Part shown: positions 13,000 to 23,500 of the stretch, piece by piece | How positions within the stretch are numbered: the first letter of the stretch is position 1 | Layout of the letters: every line of letters begins with the position of its first letter | Made by a program: the position numbers and the translations under genes | DNA from: Amoebophrya sp. A120 | Taxonomy: Eukaryota > Protista > Dinoflagellata | Length of the DNA stretch: 64,000 bases | Assembly: GCA_905178155.1 (NCBI GenBank) | Contig: CAJINV010000011.1 | Location: 1,385,216 to 1,449,215 of the forward strand | Direction of reading: 5' to 3' | Notes under the pieces: generated by a model | Seen by the model: only the letters and a program-made list of their open reading frames with translations | Database searches by the model: none | Told to the model about the DNA's origin: nothing

Positions 13000-13139
13000 T
13001 ATGCATTGCAAAAGCAACGTAGTAGTAGTAATTACATTACAAATTACCTCAGCATGACAAATTGCTGTTTTACCTTGGGATGGAGATTTGTAAATGCATG
13101 TTTGGAATTACTACGAGTACGATACTTTTGCACAGGATA
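13000..13139. mobile_element. Introner (family A); host gene unresolved
   Basis: tatgcattgcaaaag...cttttgcacaggata; perfect DR gcgag. Confidence 0.85.
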
Positions 13140-14126
13140 GCGAGGATTGGTGCATGGAGGACCTCCTGGAAGATACTACCAGACTGCTCCGGAGTAGTTG
13201 TGACAGTGTGGCTTTATTTTCGCGTGTCGGTTCTTATTTCCGCCGCTCGAACAATGACAGCACATTGCGAGGATATCGTCCTGTTGATGGAATATCGGAA
13301 TGCTAATGTACTAGCTGCTTCGACGCACAGGCAGAAGTTGCGTTCGATTCACAGCATCTTTTTCGTCGCTTCCAATAGGAGGCACCCCCACGAAAGATTG
13401 ATACGTTGTTCTAGCGGAGCTTTGTTTCGGATATCACAGGAACTCACTTGCGTTGGTCCTGTGATAAACGACGTGACGTCTTGAGAAGATAACTGCTCGT
13501 GCTTCACCTGCTTTGTTTTTCGATAGTCGGGATCACAGATGCTGAAAAAGTTTTTGCAACGTCCTGATTGCTTTATTTGTCCGAGTTTTCACATCGGTAA
13601 AGGTGATTCTTTTCTTGACCGAAGCTAATTTAAGCAACGTGATAAGATGAAGTTCCCACAAGGTGGACCGTAGACGTCAGATGCTAGAAGTGTGGTCGTC
13701 GTGACTGAAAGCGTCCGAGATCATCCTCCTCTTGCAGACAAGCAACCAAGGCTGTCGCAGGCTCGCAAACGGCTACTTCTTCACCACGTTTCCCGCACAC
13801 CATCGGCAAGTCAGTTTGGGGCACGGTTTTTCCGCTCGCGTTGCTGCAATAAGAAACCATAACCAATTTAATTCACCAGCATTTTTACGTCGACCGCGGC
13901 TGCGGTCATCTCACCACTTGAGGAGGTATCACAGCAGAAATTACATTTTTTTTTTCATGAGTTCCCTTCTTCTTGCGTGTAGTGAGCATGACCATGTTTC
14001 AAATGTCTCTTGCACTGCTGTTTTTTCCCCCGCACCCGAGGGCCGAGACAAAGCAAAAATAAAAATTGTCTAAACAGGTAGTTTTTCTCCGTGGATGTCT
14101 TGATCTTAAACCAGCTTAACATCGGT

Positions 14127-17100
14127 ATGCCGGGTCCAGGAGCTAAACGCTTCATCTCTCCTCAGCCGGGAGGGCTGTGTTTCCGACTGTGTAAGTTCTT
14201 GCAACAGATATTTCTTCTACTCCAACTCCACCCGGGCTGCTGTTTCTGCCACCTCTCGCGGTTATTCAAGTTTTCCGCAGTGTTGCAGCCGACCATCCTT
14301 GGCGTCGTGCATGAGCCGAAAGGAGCCGCCACCAGCGCTGCAAAAACCACCCATGATGCCGACGAGGCGAAGCACAGGGAGGGGGACACTGAAGGAGTAG
14401 ATGTGGGAGCTACTACAACGACTGCCGGGCAACTACATCAAGAGGAAATCCTGCAGCAAAATAGTAGAGACGTTGCCGCCTCTCCCCCATCATCTAGCAC
14501 AAGCACCTCCACTTCCTCGACGGCGCTGGTTTTGTACGAGCCTGCTCGTTCGTCTCAAACCCGACGAGGGCGACGCATGGTGGGGCGCGTGGGCGGCGCC
14601 GCGAGGCCCGTCGAGCGGCCCCCCATTGCGCACGCCCTTCAGGCAGTCGCTGACCTCGTTTACTCAGCTGCGGCCACGTTCCTGCAGTGGCCAGCCTCCT
14701 CGACGAAATCGCAAGAGGGCGCGGGTGCTGGTGATGCGGCAGCGGCCAGGGCGGAAATGGTTCCTGTGGGAGAGGTTTCGTCTTTGCCCCCGCAGCCGGA
14801 GGACGGTAAAAAACTGCAGGCCGCGACGAGCCGAAGGGTTAGGGATGACGCCAGCGATCAGGATTTCGCTGCTGCTGCTCCTTCTGCTGCTAGCATACAC
14901 ACTGCCACTGTGCCTGGAACCGCGGCTACTACAGTAATGACATCACGACAGGACGATCTACGTGCCCCTACAAGTGATGAAGTTGGCCGAGGCTCTGGGT
15001 CGCCGCCTCTACAACCACTACCACCCCCACAGCAGCCGAAAGGCCCGGACAAATTAGAAGATCAAGAGGACAGCGCGGTAACCTCCGAGCCCCGGGAGAC
15101 GAAATTGAACGCAGCAGAAGCATCAAGCCAAAGCTCCCGCGGGAAGAATAAAGCTACCGCAAGTCGTGATCGTAGTGAAGTTGATTCTGCTCCAGCAAAT
15201 TTCCCAGATGGTCGTCATGGCGGTAGGGGAACTGACAGCGCCACGTCCCGCCCTTCCTCTTCGAGTCAGAAAGCGGCCTCCATCAACAAGGCTTCGGTCG
15301 CTACAGCCGTGAAGGACGTCGAAGCTCACTCTCTCACTCGTCCATCCTCTGTTTCTACAACTGGCGCAAGTAGTACCAACGAAGGACCCTCAGTACTACA
15401 TCAAGCTGCAACATCAATGCTAGAGACAGGCGAAAACGACGCCTCATACAACCCAGAATGGGAAAAGGAATGGCTGTTTCAACTCATCGAACAGCGAGCA
15501 AAAATCGAAAGCAGACAAACTGAAAGTGCAGCAACAAGCCAGCAAAAAACAGATGACGCGAAGCGGAAGCGTGAAGACGCTCAGAAAACTGTGGATTTGG
15601 AAAATGCTGCCAAGGCGTTTGACGAGGCGGAGAAAGCGTTCTTCAAGATTCGAAAACAAGGTGAGGATGCGTGGGACGAAATGAAAAAGAAAATCAGCGA
15701 GCGGATCAAAGATGAAGGAGAACAAAAAAAGGCCCTCGCCGACTTTCTGAATAGGTGCTGCCGTCCGAAGCTAACCACCAGTGAAGGGTTGAGCGTGTCT
15801 TCCGCGCCTGGACCCGTCGACGTAACAGGTCGAGGAGAACAGGGTCATGAACCCGGTACGGCGTCCTCCGCCTCCCCGTGTGCGAGTCATTCAATGGAGA
15901 TCTGCGTTTCTTTTGCGGCGGGCGAAGACGCGTTAATAGGCAGAGTAATCGAAATAGAAAAGATGAACTCCTCTGCGCCAAAAGATGAGAATCCGTATGC
16001 GGAGAAAATCAAAACGCATGAAACTAATGCGGATCAACAGAACAATGACAAGAAAAAGAACGAGGACTACGATTCATCACTGTTGCACGTCGCGGTGCGC
16101 GCTGCCGGTATCGACGAAACCTACTACCGAATATTTGAGCACCAATACGTGCGTTTCATTTCATTCGTCCGCATGCGTCGGCGCCCGGCCGTGACTGTCG
16201 GAGAAGGCGGTCTCAACGCCCGTTGGGAAGATGTTGATGAAGAGAAGCAACTACAACCTGTAGCGCTATATGCCGTCTACCCCGGAACAAGTACTAAAGG
16301 TGGAGAACCAGCGTGCTGCGAAATGGCGATGCTCGGCCACCACTTGGATTCGCCAGCCGAAGATGATGCTGCTTCGGATGCCTCTTCGGAATATGAGTTG
16401 TATTCTGAATCTGAGCGCAGTAGTGCTGAACAAGAGCAGTCTTCTCCCTCGAACACGCTGGAGTTGGAGAATAAACCCTTGCCGCTAATTTCAGTACCCT
16501 ACTCGTCCTTGTTCCTGCAGAAGGATGCGGCGCAGGTTTTTTGGACCTGTAAGGAACTGTGCCCAAAAAATCGGAAAATGCTTCCCGTGTTTGATCTCGA
16601 GGGGGACGTATTGCTGAAGAAAATCGTGCAAAACAGTTTTTCTTATTACAGCAGTTTCTACAGTGTGGTCGAGATGATTGTACCCGACGGGATGTGGAGA
16701 GACGTGGGCGATGTTCTGAAAACGGTGAAAGACAGCCCTTTTCGACCTTCACCTTACTATAGGTATATCTCCGCCCCAGAACACAAACCCTGGTGGTCCA
16801 CGTCCGTGAAAAAACTGGCGCGCAACTGCCAGTCGTTTGCGTGTTATGTTTCCAACTTTTTTCCAGTCGCTCGAGTATGCGACATCTTGGCACCCCGCGG
16901 CGCTTTTCCGTATCGCGGCCCGTTCTCCCTCTTACCGGTGCCGACGCTTCAACCGGCCCGGCGTTTGCGCGCGCAAACGTTGGGCGGCCACCCGGTAGAT
17001 CTTGTCGACACGCGCCAAAACTACATGAAAGCCTACCCGGAAGTTTTCTGGGCGGGGCCGCCATGGGTCGCCCGGCGCTTTGAGACACATGGGGCCAAAG

Positions 17101-19005
17101 GATTTTTGAATAGTGCCGCTGGAGTGATTATACAAAAAACACAACCCGTGTGCGGTGTGGCCAACTTGGATCGATTGGACAAAGACGAGCGTGATGCTCT
17201 CGAGGAAGCGGTAAAACGAAAGTCGGGGGTGGAAGAAGATCAAGGTGATAGTAACTCGGATAGCTCAGCCAGTCTAGCATCATTCACTAGTCGCAGCAGC
17301 AGCTCGTTCGGAACCGCCACAGCTACTCCTACTGCTGCGTCTGTCGTATCATCAGCAGCTTCGTCCACGGTGCATCTTCAGCAGGCGGGCCTTGAAGTTG
17401 TGGCGACAGGGAGCGTTCCCGCAGCTTCACCTCCAGGAGCAGTCGAAGCGGCAACCTCTGGCACCACTACTGCAGCTGGTGAACAAGACAGCGGCGCCCA
17501 GGACCACAAGCGTCAACAACATCTTCCTGCTGCCGCCTCTAATGAAAAGAAGAATCTGAACGACAATGAGAACGACCCTGGCCGCGGTAGAGAAGATGTA
17601 GAGTTTGACAAAGCCCAAGCCCTCGGTAGGACCACGAGCATATGAGTTGCAAAAGTATCGCACTCGAACTTTTGCAATACAAATTCAATACTATAGCTTA
17701 GCTTTAGCATGACTTGACGTATGGAATTTGTAATGCGTATTTACCACGATTTAACGTAGCCTAACCTTAAGAAAGGGATTGCACAAATGCAATTACTACG
17801 AACGGGCGCGATCCTTTTGCACAGGATGGAGCAGCTCATCTTCCGCTAACTCTGACGTCGTGGTGGCTGCGCCGACGAAACTTCCGCCCCAGGAGGATAA
17901 CAAAAAGAAAGAGACGAACAACATCAACGACATGGTCGTCGAAACGCCATTTCTCGCAGCAGGAGACGTCGACGCAGTACAGCATCAGGAAGACGTACCT
18001 GCTCAGAAAGCCATCAAACAAAAACGACTCCAAGGAGACGAAGGGTTCAGTGAGGGCGCGCCCGCCGCTGGTCCTGCTCTAGAAGTAGGACGACAAGACG
18101 GCAAGTTAATGCCGAAATCACACGAACAAGATCAAGATGAGGACGATCCTTCCTCCACATCAAGAACTACTTCTACTCCTGTGCACGACATTATTTCCGA
18201 GGGAAAAACCCTGAGTGTGCAAGAAGAAGGTGGCGACGTAGTACAACACGCTTCTGCGACTGCGAGCAGCACAGCAGATGCAGAACCGGTTTCGCAGCTC
18301 GCTGTTGTGCCGCAAGAAGACGACGTGGCTAGCATGCCCAGTTCAGCAACAGGACCAGGCACAACTGCTCGGGACACTGCTCCGGCGGCAGCGACTAGTA
18401 CTATTGCCGGTGATGGTACAACGCGAACAACCGAAGGTGATAGAAACGATATTGGCCGCACGGCCCCCACTGAGCCGCTCATCCCAAGCAGCGCAGTGAT
18501 GAGCAGGACTACTTCCGACGGGGCAGCAGGACCTTCCACGCTCCAGAGCAGCATCGCGGGCGTGGAGGCGGAGGAGGAGCGCCAAGCGTTTGCAAATCTC
18601 AACGGGATCCCGGCTGACGGGAAAACCGACGAAGCTACTAGTGGCGGGGGTAATAACAAGAAGGGAGAAAAAAATCAAAAGTCAGCCAGCGGGGACTTCG
18701 CATCGCTGCGTCAGCAACAGGATGATCCAGAACTAGAACATAAGATAGGGCATCTTCATCAGCGTAGACATGAAAGCGGGCAGACAGCTATTGCGAGCAC
18801 AGCTTATTTGGTTGAGCCGGGCGAGAAGAAGAGTACAGCAACTACACCAGGTGGAACCACCACCACCGTCAAAGAATCGCACATAAAAAATGCAGAAGGC
18901 GACGAGCAACAGCTACAGCAGGAGCTGCAAAACGAAAGTGAACGGCAAAGCGCAGGCCAACCCGCTAGCGTAAAAATTTTTTCAGTAGAGAAATCTATAA
19001 ATTGA
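14127..19005 (+). CDS. Large low-complexity protein with a possible permuted papain-like (PPPDE/LRAT-type) domain; a last exon to about 19205 is possible
   Basis: ORFs 14091-17645 and 17779-19005 are joined in frame by introner 17641-17828. The His motif FEHQYV precedes RNCQSFA. Confidence 0.6.
17641..17828. mobile_element. Introner (family A)
   Basis: tatgagttgcaaaag...cttttgcacaggatg; DR gagca. Removing 193 nt gives GRTTS-SSSSANS. Confidence 0.9.
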
Positions 19006-20112
19006 GTTTGAGTATGAGTTAGCACTTTGACTTCAGAAAAGCGACTTAGAAAAAGACGCGGCCTTCCTGTGTGCTCTAAGAGCTGTTTCCTCTTCAACAC
19101 AGAGTAGAGGAGATTCAAGCGGAATCTGAAAAGTTAGATTTGCCAGCGGTGCCAATTGCACGTGCAGCACAACCCCCAGGCATTTTTAGTGGATCGCTGC
19201 AATAAACAATCCTCAGGTTGCAGGACAACAACCACGAGGGGCACAGGAGGGCTCCCGACCGCTGCAGGTGCCCGAGGACAGTGGACCACTGGGGGAAAAC
19301 CACCCAGCGCCGGAAAAATGAGGCCGACTTTGCGCTCGGTTCGGGTTCGGTTTGTACTGTTTGGTGAGCATGGAAAGGACAGCCCTACATCGAGATAGTC
19401 GCAATGTCGCTGCTTCAGAACAAGTAGCAGATGCAGACGAACTAGTACAGCGAGTACATGGACAGTTTCGTAGTCGCTTCCTTAAGACAAAAAAGTGGGC
19501 TTTTCCTGCATGATAGTGGCGTGCTTGGTTTCGTCGCTGGGAACTGCATCTGTTCTTGCTTCGCTGATCTGTACGCGCTTCCAAATCGCAGAAACCGCCA
19601 ACAATAAAAGTTGTATGTTCCGGCGAAGCCCGGCTCAGTAGGACTTGGCGCTGCAACTGTTCGTGGTTTTGCTTTGTATGATGAAGGCTGCGTCGCCGTC
19701 GGCAGCGACGAAGTGTGACGAACATGATTCTATTTCGTTTTCGTATAGAAATTTGTTGGTCGGAACGTTCTTTCCGGTTTTGCACATTTTCATCTCCATC
19801 GGTGCCTTGCCTCCTTCGTAATTGCTAAATGTCATCTAAAGCAAGATGAGCAGAAGTTCCAACAATCATAGATGTCAGATGCTAGCGTGGAGGAGGTCTT
19901 CGCGATTGAAAGAGCCAGAGATCATCCTCTTCTTGCAGATCATGAAATAACAAGGACGTCGCCGCTACAAGCTTGTTCTACTTTTGGACAAGATCAACTG
20001 GTGACGCCGCAAAGATCATTTTTCTCTCCACGAAGGATCCAAGCGAGAAGCGCAAGCTGCGCGGCTGAAGATCACTTTCATCGGCCACCTAAGATACAAG
20101 TACAAACAAAAG

Positions 20113-20517
20113 ATGACATCACCCGAAATGGAACTAGAGCGCGCACCCGGCATCATCACAGAGCCCCAGCATGCTGGCCGACGAGGCTGCAGTCGGCCTC
20201 GAGCTGTCGACGAGGAGGACGAAACGTCCGAGGCCCCCAAGACAAGCACAGGAACTTCTACGCCCGACCCTTTGGCGAGCAGCGGGGGATCTTCACGCGC
20301 CGGCGACCCTTTGGAAGAAGATGCTGCGGCCAAGGAAAACAGGGTCGGGTTCGACATGGTAAAAACTGCGGTCATGACAATGAAGATACCCGACGAAGAA
20401 GCACGGCAACCGCAACAAGAAAGGCGCGAACAAGAAGAGCAGATCCAGAGAGAGTGCCTGGAGGGCGAAGTAGATCTTGCGGCAGATATACATCAAACTC
20501 CGACTCATCCATGTTGA
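20113..20517 (+). CDS. Hypothetical ORF (possibly an upstream exon of the next gene)
   Basis: 134-aa acidic ORF with host-like composition; no motif recognised. Confidence 0.3.
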   Translation: MTSPEMELERAPGIITEPQHAGRRGCSRPRAVDEEDETSEAPKTSTGTSTPDPLASSGGSSRAGDPLEEDAAAKENRVGFDMVKTAVMTMKIPDEEARQPQQERREQEEQIQRECLEGEVDLAADIHQTPTHPC

Positions 20518-23500
20518 CCTTGAAACACATAATGCCGCTTTCTCAGCGGCCAAGAAATCCTCGGGACGAGCGCGTCCTGCGTACTCTCCTCGTACGACTA
20601 GCACGGGTTGGAACTGGTCTCTTCGGTGCGTTTTTCTACTCTTCAACATCGCACACAATGATTTCCTCTGGACCACCACATTTTGTAAAAGCAGAGCCGA
20701 CGACGACCGCTGCATCACAAATGAAATCCTCCTCCGCAGCAGCAGCTGCCCCAACCAAAGCCACCTCCTTCGAACTCCCGACTTTTTTTACCTGCGACCA
20801 CATCCCGGAGTGGCGAAATTTCCGGAAGCTGTGGCTCCATTTCCGTTATCCTGTGCAAAAGCATCGTACTCGTAGTAATCGCAGTCATGCATGACAAATC
20901 TGGTTCCTTAGCTTATTCAGCATTACAAATTCCATTTTTCCTTCTGGGAAAACTTGTAAAAATGCTATTTCTACTAGTACGATACTTTTGCAATGCATAT
21001 CCGTTTCAACACGAAGATGGGGCGGGACTTCGTGGAGAACGGGATTTTCACCGAGCAGATGCGGGACTCCGCGGAATTCTACGACGTGTTCACATCCGCG
21101 AACGATCTCGGCCGCCGCTGGGAACAGCAGTTCACAACTGCCGTCAATAGTTGGGACTGGTTTTCCATCTGCGAAGCCTTCGTTGAGTATGAAACGGTGG
21201 GGCGGCCGCAGAAGATTTTGAAGCTGGACCCGGAAGTCGCGAACTTTTGCCACTACGGGTTCATGACGACGCAGTACATCGGTATGAAGGTCGGGAACAC
21301 GCTTTTGGACACGATCGCCGGGATCAGTAACTGGGGAAGAGTAGCCAGGCAGGGGCTGGTAACTTCCTTGACGTACAATTCCTTGAATTTCGCGGAAGAC
21401 AGCGGGTGGGGCTTGTCGCTGTGGGACTACATAAAAGCCGCGTACAACCTGCAGAAGCAGAGTGGGGGGTTCGTGTCGCTTGCTAAAAATGCGGGTACTA
21501 CAGCATCATCTCAAAGCACTGACGAGACCTCCTCCTCCGAGGATCTACGCATACACATTGAAAAATCCTTAGAAGACGAAATCGCAAAGTGGAGGAAGAA
21601 GCAGAATCAGCGGACCCCTGTTCACAAGCTGGCTCCGCTCCCGGCGAAGAAAATCTGGAGCACAACATCAACATCCGAGGATGGGGATTCACTTCTTGAC
21701 GGTTCTTGGCGGGGCATCATTGATCTGTTGCTGCAAAGCGAGGTCGTGGTTAGCGGGTTGTCAACTACATCTGCGGGAGCAGGTCTTACAGCCGCGAGGA
21801 GGTCCGCTGATCCGCTGACTGCCATTTTCGGCGTTTCTGCACAGGACTTGGCGCCGTCACCCTATTTTCACCCGCCGGGAGACCAAACTTCTCGTCCAGA
21901 AGTTGCTGCAACATCTTTACTTGAGCAAGAACATCTCGTCCCTACACGACCCTCCCTGAAAGTTCTCGCCGTCGGCTACCACGTTTCCCTTGCTCGCGAG
22001 CCGCTCGAGACGTTTGCGCACCTGCTCGATTTGGACAAGTATTTGAAGCGCGCGATTCACGTTCTGGACGCGGGGGCGACTTCGGTAGAAGACTTGAAGA
22101 AAAAATCCCACTGCCGGTTCAACTCTCCCGAGTGGTGCACGAAGAATGAGGAATTCATCGTCGCCATGAATGCGGAGTTGCAGGTCCGAAGGTACGGCTT
22201 CGCGAGTAAACTGCCCATTTTGCAGAGTTTGGAGAACTGGCAGGAGGTGTTTGAACAGTTCAAATGGGATCTGGTCGAACCGTTTGACTTGGATGTAGTT
22301 CCGAGGACGAAAGGTCAGACAACCACGACTCCACCAGCAGGAGATAGAAACACAGCCACAGGTAAGACTGAATCATTGTCTTCACGACGGCGTTCAGCCC
22401 TCTACCCAGACGTGTTGCTTTGCGGTGAGCCTTTGGTTTTGTGCCGTGTGATGCACCTCGCGTTTCCGAGAGCGTCGCTTGTTTCCTACTCCTATGCACT
22501 GCAAGAATGTCTGGGTCTGGGAGGATGAAACTTGTCATGCTGTCTTTGGATTTTAGAAAAATATGTATTGCGTAAGCCGCAAGAGGAGTCCAGTTTTTGT
22601 TACGCGGAGGGGGCATTTGTCATGCGGTATAGGCATCAGGAAGCCTTCATAAAATCTGTGACGCTAGCGCATACAAGACAGACATCATGGATCATGCAAA
22701 ATGTGCATGACAAGTCCTCCAATCTTCCAGACCCAGACATTTTTGCAATTCATAACTCCGCACAGCAGATCACCATGTACGTGGACGAGCCGATATTGTG
22801 AGGAAAAATCCCCCCTCCCCATATCGAAAAGGCATGCTTTTCAAAATTTGTGAAGATGCTTGTGGTTACAAATCGAGTCTGTCTTGCAAGAGAGCAAGGC
22901 CAGGGCTTCCGCTGCATTTCGCAGGCGATTTGTAACGCTGCTACGCTACTAGGGCAGACGTCTGCCATGCTAAGTGCCTACCCCAAGCCACCCCTTTTCG
23001 GGCTTCGTATCTGTCTGCAGCCCTCCACCGCAAGACAAAGCCGATTTGTGTACACAACTCCTGCGTCACAGATTTCCATTTCGATATGGGGCGGGGGGAT
23101 TTTTCATTTTGATAGCCGAAATTGGCGCAACAGGTTCTGCGGGAATATTTGCAACTCGCACAACTTCCCCACTCTCTCTTCGTCACGAGTGGGAGAATTG
23201 TGAGCGAATGGTACAGGTTTCAGGCCGGAATCCCGGCGATTCCGATAACGCCCAACGCGGTGTACTTGAATGGTGCGTTTTACCACGGGATGAAGTCTCG
23301 GAGAATTTTGCTACTCCGCCAAGTGAGCTTGTTCTGGGACCCGGAGTGCATTCTGAACTATTTCCTGCGCCAGGTTGATTGGTGGCAGGCCGAGGAACCC
23401 GATAAAAAATTTGGCGCCGACGAAGCGATCGGCATGGTTCTCGGGCGGGACGCGAGCGGGGAGCAGGTGGCGGACGAGGAAGTGTTATATCGACTCGGGT

